Shown here in pieces: positions 28,201 through 37,065 of a DNA stretch of 52,432 nt. How positions within the stretch are numbered: position 1 is the stretch's first letter; each line of letters begins with the position of its first letter. Below the pieces are notes generated by a model that made no database searches, was not told the origin of the DNA, and saw nothing but the letters and a program-made list of their open reading frames with translations. The stretch spans positions 1-52,432 of IMG/VR virus record IMGVR_UViG_3300047586_000094; one strand, given 5' to 3'. Made by a program: the position numbers and the translations under genes. The stretch comes from a virus (taxonomy: Duplodnaviria; Caudoviricetes).

Positions 28201-29127
28201 GAATTAAACGACGAAGCTTTGGACGAATGTATGTTGGAAGATGGAATGTATGGTGAATGTGTTAAAAAAACATTTCTCAAAGAATTAAAAGCAAAACAAA
28301 GTACATTCTCATATGAACCCAACTCAGCCCTCAAATCTAAAGCTCATCAACTTATAGAAACTAAGTTTGCTGATGAGTTAAAATGGAATTTGGATGCAAA
28401 AGAAAAAGAATATAAAGCTAAATTTCATAATGTACTTAGTGGGGATAATGCTAAGGAGTTGTCTGAAGATTACATGAAAGATCCTATGGGATTATCAGAA
28501 GCTGTTCATGAGCCTGCGTCCGGATTTGTGAAATATTTGTATAATAAAGAGTTAAGTGTCCCAGTTACGAAAGATCAAGACAATGTGGTGGTATTTACAG
28601 CAGGGGGATCAGGAGCAGGTAAGACGACTGGTATTACACAGTTTGGAGTGTTGGGAGATCTTACGAAGAAAGCAAATATCGTTTATGATACCACGATGAG
28701 TTCATTCCGAAGTGCAGATAATAAAATTCAGCAGGCAATTAAACATGACCGGGATGTTGTAATCCTTTATGTTTATAGAGGGTTGGAAGATGCATTTACA
28801 AATGGAGTTGTTCCCAGGATGAAAGCAACCGGACGGGTTATTCCTTATTATGCACACGTAATGAACCACATTGACTCTTTAGCTACTATTAAAAAATTAA
28901 CAGACAAATATAAAGATAGTGATCGGGTCTCAATTCAATTGGTGGACAACTCTAATGGGTTTGGGAATGCAAGAATAATGACACCAGAAGAATTGAACAA
29001 TATTAAGTTTGTAGAACCTGAACATTATGAAAAAGAATTATTGGCAGAGATTAATAAACAGAAACAAAATGGACAAATCACAGAAAGACAATACAAAGGA
29101 CTTCTTGGATCAAGAAGCGTCACTTGA
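25216..29127 (+). CDS. polyvalent protein 2: zincin metallopeptidase + ParB-like + papain/transglutaminase-like + zeta-toxin-like kinase
   Basis: HEIGH..YAHKSPSEAFAE; PPLVVV..VIDGGVR; CYRNA..HAWN..FD; FTAGGSGAGKTT..YDTT..GRVIP. Confidence 0.82.
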   Translation: MARECPVGTIHIWGDARGEGTEMIKAHDPVQPYSSGWVPLRTTPRFDQVGRECDAYGRDILSHKLPIDGEKFLDHEIDEFGEKEGGDFFRSGEFKKFEGWHDSGRYAFRNQFSKLYMDNIMRLDEEVARAVYDANAALGLDPKEDHLSAEEKKEVRAEIRARFKSNPDTIDEEKVLRLLEIIKKTKEQIEIGLDFKDPLQKKAYEDFRIIVDALPETYELISEKRKLRLKAVDLMEDMFPDNWGVRESCKDYAQKKFDEYVRKYADRISKDSLEEQLKMFGVTIDMEPDEFYSKIYAKAVNTNYDYLEKYVGKEIRFAGHDVRYKVIKENGQLYYVDQNGYKYLLIAALKNNEYHLSPEYDEFGGGFKDLVYLRFMKRYGKSIEGEWTLEQLPAIHNLENLANELPDGQFKTNEELYLITNKSYAGGDHGGYAWYNRGERRINLSAQCIARATVWGVLQNPSEFKSVLLHEIGHSIDAKINGTATYDYKKFVVDCGWTYQSKELRAGMSATGNQKDILRTGSNASTTLITDYAHKSPSEAFAEYYSFYNLNKKHFDKYFETGDTQYLQTDSKIIAKSVSSEQKIKQMLGTRIIKPGDDHEYELKHERPKRVNVPEGQPQPPPPPVPTIGAQQVLKTYNEVTQALSDRGQDHQITLTNPWSMKLSIEEQAKFNPKRVKERKGFSINSMPPLVVVKNGATRVVIDGGVRMEVARMNKQLAPCIEISKEEYYNCRDRGMDDRQISDCVYTKHADDWVPKQIAPAVRVSGLIYRDELVPLDVILDNHDGIKTMKDLCESKTLQKAIEELFGDIDDGFNKAIQRGKLYPKKVQVKGKDGKTHTAIRWVKIQEEEKPVTPEKKEKKTFISDPKKSVILSQLKGMLQLNLSDQQKEYMEWKLKHAKLISTFTHTDEIRQQYPAIDRFLKHFKPVVKECYRNASRMAVDVPGIEYVEGSISLRDLPIEIEHAWNKVGDQYFDIMSDNCWDERSMPTSEYVSFVELNDEALDECMLEDGMYGECVKKTFLKELKAKQSTFSYEPNSALKSKAHQLIETKFADELKWNLDAKEKEYKAKFHNVLSGDNAKELSEDYMKDPMGLSEAVHEPASGFVKYLYNKELSVPVTKDQDNVVVFTAGGSGAGKTTGITQFGVLGDLTKKANIVYDTTMSSFRSADNKIQQAIKHDRDVVILYVYRGLEDAFTNGVVPRMKATGRVIPYYAHVMNHIDSLATIKKLTDKYKDSDRVSIQLVDNSNGFGNARIMTPEELNNIKFVEPEHYEKELLAEINKQKQNGQITERQYKGLLGSRSVT

Positions 29128-29254
29128 TGACGTATCGGTTGAAGGTTTAAAAAGTATGCCAACTGAAAAGAAGGGGCTTTTGTATCTCAGTTCTTTTATG
29201 AAAAATTTGAATGGACATACTCAGGCAAAGAGTAAAAAAGAAAAAGGTGAGTGA
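29069..29254 (+). CDS. small protein downstream of zeta domain (candidate antitoxin)
   Basis: ORF track 29027..29254; probable start ATG 29069 (61 aa), overlapping the 3' end of the toxin gene. Confidence 0.5.
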   Translation: MDKSQKDNTKDFLDQEASLDDVSVEGLKSMPTEKKGLLYLSSFMKNLNGHTQAKSKKEKGE

Positions 29255-29981
29255 AGTTCAAGATATATTGCACGATTCTAGTATTTTGATTGACGATAGA
29301 ATTGAAAAAGCCCTTACTATATTAGATGATATAGAAAGATATCGATGCAAAGATGGGAAGTTTCGTGTAATTTATATATCATATGATGAAGTGAATGGTA
29401 TGAAATATGTTGGACAACATACTACTGAGAATCTAAATGATGGGTATTTAGGATCTGGATTAGTCATTCAGAGAATTCTCAAGAAATATGGTAAAGAACG
29501 ATTTGATTGTGGAATTCTTGAATATTGTAAAAATAGGAATGAGCTTAACAGGAAAGAAAAATATTGGATCAAATATTTTAAATTAAAAAATCAAAGTTAT
29601 AATATTGGAAATGGTGGAACTGGTGGTGATAATATTACGGATAATCCTAATTATGATCAGATTATAGCAAAAATGTGTATTGCTAGTAGTGGTCGATTTT
29701 TAGGAAATCATCATTCAGAAGCAACAAAACATTTGCAAAGTCTAGCTAAAATAAATAAGTCACTTTCTAAAGAACATAAAAATAATATAAGTAAAAGTTT
29801 GGAAGGACGTGTTGTTACTGAAAACACACGTGAGTTGATTAAAAAAGCACTTAAAAGCAGATCATTTATTACTTGTTTTTATTGTGGATGGACAAGTCAA
29901 GATGCTAGTTATATGAAAAGACGTCATTTTGATAATTGTATTCATAAATTTGAGTTTGTTAGAACAAGATTTAATAATTAA
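29211..29981 (+). CDS. GIY-YIG homing endonuclease
   Basis: VIY..KYVGQH..DGYLGSG..YG..E..YN; NUMOD3-like HSEATK; one CxxC..HFDNC module; start may be GTG 29247. Confidence 0.88.
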   Translation: MDILRQRVKKKKVSEVQDILHDSSILIDDRIEKALTILDDIERYRCKDGKFRVIYISYDEVNGMKYVGQHTTENLNDGYLGSGLVIQRILKKYGKERFDCGILEYCKNRNELNRKEKYWIKYFKLKNQSYNIGNGGTGGDNITDNPNYDQIIAKMCIASSGRFLGNHHSEATKHLQSLAKINKSLSKEHKNNISKSLEGRVVTENTRELIKKALKSRSFITCFYCGWTSQDASYMKRRHFDNCIHKFEFVRTRFNN

Positions 29982-29985
29982 ACCA

Positions 29986-31053
29986 ATGATAAAAGATAAT
30001 TTTACTTTTTTTGTACCTGTAGAATTAGAAAAAGCAACAACCAATCCTAATGATTCTAATAGATATAAGAATATGATTCTTCGTGGAGTTGCAAGCACAT
30101 CTGATGTAGATGCCGATAATGAAGTATTAGAACCTAGTGGGTTTGATCTTTCAATACTTAGAACTAAAGGAACCATCAATTATGAGCATTTGGCAAAACA
30201 AAGTGCTTTAAATATTATTGGTGAACCTATTGAAGCAGAGATAAGAGACAATAAATTTATATTGAAAGCAAAATTGTGGGAAAAATCAATTAAGGCACGT
30301 GATCTTTGGGATACTTTACATATCATGCGTGATAGTGGCAGTACAAGAAAATTAGGTTGGTCTATCGAAGGAAAACCTATTGCAAGAGATCCACGGAATC
30401 CAAGTAGAATCCTTAAAGCACTCATAACCAATGTAGCCGTCACATTTGCACCGAAGAATGGTCAGACTTATGCTGACATTTGTAAAGGACAGTTAGCACC
30501 AAAAGAATTAGATTATGATATTCCAACTGATGTTGATTATCTTTTCAAGGGGATGTATGGTAATCACGAATATACATTAAATAAAGATTTTACTATAACT
30601 AAAGCAATGTGTGCAGGATCCACTACCGGACAAGCATTAATAGGACAGGATACGTCCGGAGCTGCTTTGAAAAAAGAACATCTGGATGAAGATCTTAAAA
30701 TCCTGACAATTCCTATTTCAACCATAAAATGGTCAGCTGACAATTGGGAAAGTTTTCAGGAAGATACTAAGAAGGCTTTACAAAAAGCTTTGCATGATCA
30801 ATTGGAGAAAGGTGGTGAAGGAAGTCGTGGAGGTAGAGTTATAGGTCAAACAAAATCAGGTAAGAATATCTATGCAAAACACTATAATCCACAACAATTA
30901 GAAGGGTGGGACAAAGAAGATCATGCAGATGCTAGTAAAAGACATCAGGAAGAAAGTGAAAGATATAAAAAGATGGGATCTGCTGGATATGATTCTTACC
31001 AACATCATGCTAGAATGGCAATATATCATAAAGAAAAATCCGAACAGAAATAA
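29986..31053 (+). CDS. prohead (maturation) protease with C-terminal extensions
   Basis: GVAST..DADNE, NYEH (His), LGWSIEG (Ser); probable start ATG 29986. Confidence 0.88.
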   Translation: MIKDNFTFFVPVELEKATTNPNDSNRYKNMILRGVASTSDVDADNEVLEPSGFDLSILRTKGTINYEHLAKQSALNIIGEPIEAEIRDNKFILKAKLWEKSIKARDLWDTLHIMRDSGSTRKLGWSIEGKPIARDPRNPSRILKALITNVAVTFAPKNGQTYADICKGQLAPKELDYDIPTDVDYLFKGMYGNHEYTLNKDFTITKAMCAGSTTGQALIGQDTSGAALKKEHLDEDLKILTIPISTIKWSADNWESFQEDTKKALQKALHDQLEKGGEGSRGGRVIGQTKSGKNIYAKHYNPQQLEGWDKEDHADASKRHQEESERYKKMGSAGYDSYQHHARMAIYHKEKSEQK

Positions 31054-31148
31054 TTTCTGAAAAAATCATTTCAAAAAGATTATTTCAAATCCGTTTCCAT
31101 TTAAATTTACAGTTTAATATCTGATTATAAATATTTAACTGAAATACA

Positions 31149-31889
31149 ATGGATGGAAAATTAGCACTTGATACCATAAAATCTTTCAAGACAATCATGC
31201 CGAAGGAAGATTATGATGAGTTCCTGAAGAGTGAAGACTCCGCAGAACTCAGGGCATTTCCTGAAGTCACAGAATTTTTGAAAGGTGAGATGCCAGAACA
31301 GTTCAAAAAGAAGGATGACGAAGGTGGAGAAGGTAAGAAAGAAGACGAAGACGAGAAAGGCAAGAAAAAAGAAAAAGAAGAAGGTAAAAAGAAAGAGGAA
31401 GAGGGAGAAGGAAAAAAGAAAGAGGAAGAAGAAGAAAAAGCTGTCACTCCTGAGTTGATTAAAGGTCTGAAAGATACAATGGATGAAAAGTTTGCAGCCG
31501 TTACCAGTCTTTTAAAAGACAATCTTGGCATTGAAAGCAAAATGACTGAACTTCAAAAGTCAGTTGATGCCGTTACAACCCTTGTTGAAAAGATTGCCGG
31601 AATGCCTTTGGGCACTAAAGCTATCAGGTCAGGTGTTGCAGCAAACTTCTTTGAAAAAGCCTTTTCTGGTGATCAGGAAGATGATAAGGGAAAGAGACTC
31701 CTTTCTGTTACAATGAATAAAGAAGTTGTTTTAAAATCCTTGGAAGATGGTTTGAATAAAGCCGTTGATCCTGAACTGAAAAAATCTTATGAAAACTCAA
31801 TCGTGAGATATAATGGTGGTGGTGGAACGATTGATCAGGCTGTGGCAATCGATTTATTCGAAAACCATAACGTTCGTTTAACTCAATAA
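31149..31889 (+). CDS. capsid scaffolding protein
   Basis: Between protease and capsid; highly charged, helical, about 10 xxK|[SAG] sites. Confidence 0.75.
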   Translation: MDGKLALDTIKSFKTIMPKEDYDEFLKSEDSAELRAFPEVTEFLKGEMPEQFKKKDDEGGEGKKEDEDEKGKKKEKEEGKKKEEEGEGKKKEEEEEKAVTPELIKGLKDTMDEKFAAVTSLLKDNLGIESKMTELQKSVDAVTTLVEKIAGMPLGTKAIRSGVAANFFEKAFSGDQEDDKGKRLLSVTMNKEVVLKSLEDGLNKAVDPELKKSYENSIVRYNGGGGTIDQAVAIDLFENHNVRLTQ

Positions 31890-31922
31890 ATTCGTGAAAA
31901 AACAATATAACTTATTTTTAAA

Positions 31923-33470
31923 ATGAATCCAACAGTAGCAGATCTTTATAATTATAGTGGACTTGAGAACGGAGTGTTTCCTGGACTTGATTCCCCTGAC
32001 AAAATTTATGAGCTTGCGAAAGCAATGTCTGCCGGAGACACAACCGGTCAGGGTCTCATAGGTACGTTAACAAGTGGTGCAGCATTGAAAACAGAATCAT
32101 TGGATCCAATGCTAAAAATCTTAACTTCCACAGACAAGCATATTGTCCTGCACAAAATTCTGCCAAAACAGAATGCATTCAACACAGTGGAAGAATTCAA
32201 CCAGTTGGTTGATTATGGGCTTAATATTGGAATCTTTAATAAAGAGGGGGAAACTCCTCAGTTTACAGATTCCATCTACAGAAGGGAATCTGTACTGATC
32301 AAGTATACAGGTGTGAGTGGTGAAGTTACCCATCCATTTACATTGGTAAGGCTTGGATCAGGAGTTGGTGATGCCCTTGCCCAGGAAGTAAAAAACAAAA
32401 CTCAGTTCCTCCTTCGTGCTCTTGATAAAGCATATCCGGTTAGTGATAGCCGTTTGGTTGCGGATGAGTTTGATGGCATATTTAAACAGCATTATGCTGG
32501 TGTTACCGGTGCTGCCCTGCCAAGTGCAGTTAATCTCACGACATATTTTAAGAACACTTCTGCTGTTATTGATGCTCGTGGCTATATCCTTTCGGATAAA
32601 ATGGTTGAAGATGCTGCCCATGCAGTTGTCAATGACAACTTTGGTATGGTTTCCAGCATTATAGGCCCGCCGATTGTATTTAGTAATTATGTTGCACAGT
32701 TCCATGAGTCAAAACGTATTATCGTTGGTAGCCCGAATGGTGTAGAAGGGGCTACAATGGGTCAGTCAGTCAATGATATCATGACTCAGTTTGGAAAAAT
32801 TGGAGTCGTAAGTGATATCTTCTTTGACTATAAAGTATCGAAAGCTTGGAATGAAGCTGCATCGAGTGCAAAAGCTCCTGCTGCTCCGGTTCCCGCAGGT
32901 GCTTTGACAAATGCAGTTACAGATACCGATACAGAATTTACCGATTCAAATGGCAATTACTGGTATGGAGTAACTGCTAAAAATCGTTATGGTGAATCAG
33001 CAATGGCTCTTCTTGACACTGCAGTTCAGGCAATTGCAACAACTGAAGCTTGTGATATTACATTCACTCATACTGACGGAGCTTATGCAGCAGAGTGTTT
33101 TGTAATTTACAGGACTGAAAAAAGTCCCGCTGCTTATACTACAGCAAAATTCTATCCAATTATAACAGTGACCCGTGGGGAATTTGGTATTGGATATGAT
33201 GGAGCAGGTGCAGGAAGTGTAAGAGATAAAAACAGAATCATCGCAAATACACATTCAGCAATTGTTCTTGATAATAGTCTGGATGTATGGGCATTGAAAC
33301 AGTTGGCCCCAATAATGAGAATGGACTTAGCAAGAACCAGTCCATCCTTCAGGTTTATGGTTCTTGCATATTTGACAATGGTCTTGTTTGCTCCCAAAAA
33401 GATTTCGAGAATTGTCAATATTGGTTCAGCAATTCCTTCAAGCGTACCATACTTTAATACCCACGTTTAA
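31923..33470 (+). CDS. major capsid protein
   Basis: 515 aa; KAMSAG..GAALKTESLD, TVEEFNQ, EFDG, Ig-like insertion, QLAPIMRMDLA; SPO1/Twort-like. Confidence 0.93.
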   Translation: MNPTVADLYNYSGLENGVFPGLDSPDKIYELAKAMSAGDTTGQGLIGTLTSGAALKTESLDPMLKILTSTDKHIVLHKILPKQNAFNTVEEFNQLVDYGLNIGIFNKEGETPQFTDSIYRRESVLIKYTGVSGEVTHPFTLVRLGSGVGDALAQEVKNKTQFLLRALDKAYPVSDSRLVADEFDGIFKQHYAGVTGAALPSAVNLTTYFKNTSAVIDARGYILSDKMVEDAAHAVVNDNFGMVSSIIGPPIVFSNYVAQFHESKRIIVGSPNGVEGATMGQSVNDIMTQFGKIGVVSDIFFDYKVSKAWNEAASSAKAPAAPVPAGALTNAVTDTDTEFTDSNGNYWYGVTAKNRYGESAMALLDTAVQAIATTEACDITFTHTDGAYAAECFVIYRTEKSPAAYTTAKFYPIITVTRGEFGIGYDGAGAGSVRDKNRIIANTHSAIVLDNSLDVWALKQLAPIMRMDLARTSPSFRFMVLAYLTMVLFAPKKISRIVNIGSAIPSSVPYFNTHV

Positions 33471-33493
33471 CTTTAACAATCAATCAAACAGTC

Positions 33494-33528
33494 AAAAGGG
33501 CGAGCTCTAAAACGCTCGCCCTTTTTTT
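33494..33528 (+). terminator. intrinsic terminator after capsid gene
   Basis: AAAAGGGCGAGC-tctaaaac-GCTCGCCCTTTTTTT. Confidence 0.92.
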
Positions 33529-33552
33529 AATAATCATAAATAATTTGCTAAA

Positions 33553-34149
33553 ATGAAAATTGAAACTATTGTTAAATCCTATGCAAACCAGATAGTAAAG
33601 TTTGCTGATGGTATTCGTGTAACGTTTAATGCTGATTGCACAGCAGAAGTTTCCGAAGAAGATGGAAAGAAATTATTGGAAAGATACACAACTCAAATTT
33701 TTCCTGAAGGAAAGGTTATTCAGCCAGAAATTGCAAAATCACCTGCATTACCAAAAGTAGATAAGGCTACTATAAATGAATTACAGGAACAGTTACAAAG
33801 AGCAAATCATTTAATAAATGATTATGCAGCTCAGGCTAATACTGCTAAGGAAGGAGAACGTGTCTGGAGGAATAAATGTACTGAATTACTGGGACAGATA
33901 AAGACTTTACAAGCTCAGCTTGGTCAAAAGGCAGATATAAAACCGGATGATGCACCAAAGAATGAATCTGAAAAAGATTCTAAGAAAACTGAACAAGTTG
34001 ATGCTGCAGCTTTACTGGAGAAACTTTCAGCAAAAACGGTTAAAGAATTGCAAGTAATAGCTGATGAGTTAAAACTTCCCCAAAAGAAATTGAACAAACA
34101 AGGACTTGTCGATTACATAATCGCCGCAACAACAAATGCCACAACTTGA
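33553..34149 (+). CDS. coiled-coil protein with C-terminal Rho-N/HeH-like domain
   Basis: LSAKTVKELQVIADELKL..KLNKQGLVDYI. Confidence 0.65.
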   Translation: MKIETIVKSYANQIVKFADGIRVTFNADCTAEVSEEDGKKLLERYTTQIFPEGKVIQPEIAKSPALPKVDKATINELQEQLQRANHLINDYAAQANTAKEGERVWRNKCTELLGQIKTLQAQLGQKADIKPDDAPKNESEKDSKKTEQVDAAALLEKLSAKTVKELQVIADELKLPQKKLNKQGLVDYIIAATTNATT

Positions 34150-34984
34150 AGACACATTATTTATTCGAACTAGATATTCTGATTTTTACTACATTGTTTA
34201 TAAGACCACGAATCATATAAATGGGAAGATTTATATTGGTCGTAAACTTACTAAAAATCTTAACGATGGATATTTAGGATCGGGTAACCATTTTAAAAGA
34301 GCACTTAATAAGTATGGACAAGATAATTTTTATCGAGAAATTCTAGAATTCTGTCAAGATAGAAAGCAACTTTCTGAACGTGAAATTTGGTGGATTGCTG
34401 AACTTGATGCTAGAAATCCTATTATTGGATATAATATAGGTCGTGGTGGAGAAGGCTCTAATCTTGAACATTTTACAGAAGAACATAAAAAACATTTACG
34501 TGAGAGCCATAAAGGAAAACATATAGGCCATCCAGGATGGAGTAAAGGACTAACAAAAGAAACTGATGTTCGTTTACAACAAACTAGTATTAAATTAAAA
34601 GGTAAAGTGGGTCCACGTCTTGGTGCAATTACGTCAGAAAAAACAAAACAATTACAAAGAAAAAAAGCATTAGGTAGACATTGGTCATCTAAGCGAAAGG
34701 AAATATACTATAAACGACCAATGGTAACTTGTCCTCATTGTGGTTTTGTATCAAGAAATCAAATGACATTAACTAAATTACATTTTGATAATTGCAAAAT
34801 GAATTCCAATAGAATTGTGACTGCAGAGATTCTTGAAAAGAAGAAGAATTATAGTATGTATGTAAAGAAACGTCTTTTAAATTTGCCTATGGAAACATGT
34901 CCATGTTGTGGTCTTCAAGGAAGAGGAGGGGCTATGAAACAATGGCATTTTGATAATTGTAGACATGTACAAAAAATAGCATAA
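34136..34984 (+). CDS. GIY-YIG homing endonuclease
   Basis: IVYKTTNHINGKIYIGR..DGYLGSG; two CxxC..HFDNC modules. Confidence 0.92.
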   Translation: MPQLEDTLFIRTRYSDFYYIVYKTTNHINGKIYIGRKLTKNLNDGYLGSGNHFKRALNKYGQDNFYREILEFCQDRKQLSEREIWWIAELDARNPIIGYNIGRGGEGSNLEHFTEEHKKHLRESHKGKHIGHPGWSKGLTKETDVRLQQTSIKLKGKVGPRLGAITSEKTKQLQRKKALGRHWSSKRKEIYYKRPMVTCPHCGFVSRNQMTLTKLHFDNCKMNSNRIVTAEILEKKKNYSMYVKKRLLNLPMETCPCCGLQGRGGAMKQWHFDNCRHVQKIA

Positions 34985-35778
34985 TGGCTAATTTAACATA
35001 CTCAATTCAATATAAAAAGAATACAGGAAATGTACTTTCCCCCGCCGAATTGCGGGATCTTTACTTATATGGTATTACTTTAAAAAGCAGAGATGGTTCA
35101 GAAATCCCAGTAACTACCTGGGAAACAAAAATTAAGTCTTGTCAGCTGGAAATAGAAAAATTTTTAGCTATTAAATTAGTACGACAGCTCTTCACTGAAA
35201 AATTAACATATTATCGTGATGACTATCTGAACAATCTTCCTATTTTAAATACCAGCTTTCCCGTTTATAAGACAGTCCGGTTACTTGGTTTACTTAATAA
35301 TGTAGAACAAATCAAGTATCCCGTTGAGTGGTGCAATTCTTATTCAGCTTCTGATCAAGGGCAGGTCAGAAGAATTAATTTGGTTCCTTCCGGGAGTGCA
35401 ACATCAGCTTCTACAAATGTAGTTCTGATGGGTGTTATGGCACAACTTGGAATCAGATCTCTTAATCTTGTACCAAATTATTGGACAGCACAATACTTGA
35501 CTGGTTGGGATCCAGGTGCTTTGCCTATGGAGATAGTGGATATTATTGGCAAATTAGCAGCCATTCAAATATTATCAATCTATGGAGATTTGGTTTTGCC
35601 TCCCGGACTGAGTGGATCGAGTCTGAGTATAGATGGATTAAGTCAATCTCTTAATACACCTATTTCGGCGCAGGGAGGAGCTTTCTCTGGAAGAATTAAA
35701 CAATATACTCAGGATATTATAACAACTTTACAGAGATTAGAACATTCATACAAAGGAATTAACTTTGCAGTTTTGTAG
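34984..35778 (+). CDS. head-tail adaptor / head completion protein
   Basis: Position; SLSIDGLSQS motif typical of SPO1/Twort-like neck proteins. Confidence 0.7.
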   Translation: MANLTYSIQYKKNTGNVLSPAELRDLYLYGITLKSRDGSEIPVTTWETKIKSCQLEIEKFLAIKLVRQLFTEKLTYYRDDYLNNLPILNTSFPVYKTVRLLGLLNNVEQIKYPVEWCNSYSASDQGQVRRINLVPSGSATSASTNVVLMGVMAQLGIRSLNLVPNYWTAQYLTGWDPGALPMEIVDIIGKLAAIQILSIYGDLVLPPGLSGSSLSIDGLSQSLNTPISAQGGAFSGRIKQYTQDIITTLQRLEHSYKGINFAVL

Positions 35779-35818
35779 ATTACATATTTGAATATAATCA
35801 TAAAATAAATAAAACATC

Positions 35819-36142
35819 ATGGGAACAATTCACGGAGCAATATTAAATGCAACAGTAAACCCTAATGGGTTGGATACTGCTGTTAAATTTTTATATGGAA
35901 CAGATCCAGCCTTAGTCGGAGCATTGGAAATAGACCTTCCAGTTATACCAGCAGGACATGATGTAGTTCCTGTATCAATACCTATTACGGATTTGGTTGC
36001 AGAGACAACTTACTATTTTAAAGCAAGTGCAACGAATAGTGCAGGAACAACTGATGGAGATATTCTTGATCTTATTACACCTGCTGATGTAGTTACAGGT
36101 CCTCCAATTGTTGAAACTCTTGCAGCTACAGACATTGTATGA
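35819..36142 (+). CDS. fibronectin type III domain protein (decoration candidate)
   Basis: LNATVNPNG..F.YG..ITDLVAETTYYFKASATNSAGT. Confidence 0.8.
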   Translation: MGTIHGAILNATVNPNGLDTAVKFLYGTDPALVGALEIDLPVIPAGHDVVPVSIPITDLVAETTYYFKASATNSAGTTDGDILDLITPADVVTGPPIVETLAATDIV

Positions 36143-36273
36143 TAAAAATATTTTTGCTTGTAGTAATTGCAATAATCATATTCGTATGGGTATTCAGTGG
36201 GGGTGGTGAACATCATTATCATCATAAACGAAAGCCTATAGTAAAAACAAAGATGGCAACTAGTATTTATTAA
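36139..36273 (+). CDS. small membrane protein
   Basis: Manual ORF of 44 aa, MIKIFLLVVIAIIIFVWVFSGGGEHHYHHKRK...; ATGA overlap. Confidence 0.5.
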   Translation: MIKIFLLVVIAIIIFVWVFSGGGEHHYHHKRKPIVKTKMATSIY

Positions 36274-36282
36274 AAATACATT

Positions 36283-37065
36283 ATGACAAACATTCGAACA
36301 CAAACAGCCCCTATTCTTGCTGGTGCTCCAAAGGCAAGCTTTCAAGCAGATGCATTTGATGCTCTGTTATGGAACCAGGGCTATCGTGTCGAATTGGAAG
36401 AGGCTCGTCAATGCCCCTGTCAATCTCTTGAATCTGGGACACCTTTAGTAACTTGTCAAAACTGTCGTGCTTGTGGTTGGCTTTTTTTAAATCCTATTAC
36501 AACAAAAGCTGTTATTTCCAATATCAATAAGAAAACCAAATATGGTGTGGAATGGTCAGAAGAAAGTATTGGAACTATTCTAGTGAGTTTAATGAATGTT
36601 GATCGATTGGCTGATATGGACAGAATTACTTTTTTGGATGTTGTTTCAAAATGGAGTGAGCGTCGTCGGGTTCGAACAGTCAATGGACAACAGTTTGTAT
36701 TTTTAACATATAAGCCTCAGGAGATATTGGATGTGTTCTATTTACAAAATGCACAATTGCCTTTGATCAAATTAATAGTGGATGAGGATTATTCATTACA
36801 CCCAACCAATCCGTATATCTTGAATTTAAACATTGCTCCTATTGCCGGATGGAACTCAACAGTGACGGTTACTTATATGTGTAATCCACAGTATCACGTA
36901 ATAGATCTTCCACATGAGTTACGAGCAGGAACAATAATAAATCAAATGGGACAAATTGAAAAAGTTGATTTACCGGTGAATGCAGTTTTGAAAAAATCTC
37001 ATTTGTGTTTATCTTTAAATGACTACGATGGAGGTATACAAACTTTAGATAATTCGTATAGGTAA
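36283..37065 (+). CDS. neck / head closure protein
   Basis: CPC..CQNCRACGW motif, DRITF; conserved position in SPO1/Twort-like modules. Confidence 0.7.
   Translation: MTNIRTQTAPILAGAPKASFQADAFDALLWNQGYRVELEEARQCPCQSLESGTPLVTCQNCRACGWLFLNPITTKAVISNINKKTKYGVEWSEESIGTILVSLMNVDRLADMDRITFLDVVSKWSERRRVRTVNGQQFVFLTYKPQEILDVFYLQNAQLPLIKLIVDEDYSLHPTNPYILNLNIAPIAGWNSTVTVTYMCNPQYHVIDLPHELRAGTIINQMGQIEKVDLPVNAVLKKSHLCLSLNDYDGGIQTLDNSYR

Noticed and set aside
22273-29127. Inteins explaining the large polyproteins
   Set aside because: No recognisable C/S...HN-C/S/T splice junctions or LAGLIDADG motifs; size is explained by discrete enzyme domains
31211-31540. Minus-strand Ser/Phe-rich ORF and other antisense ORFs in the structural region
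   Set aside because: Shadows of Glu/Lys-rich or otherwise well-supported plus-strand genes
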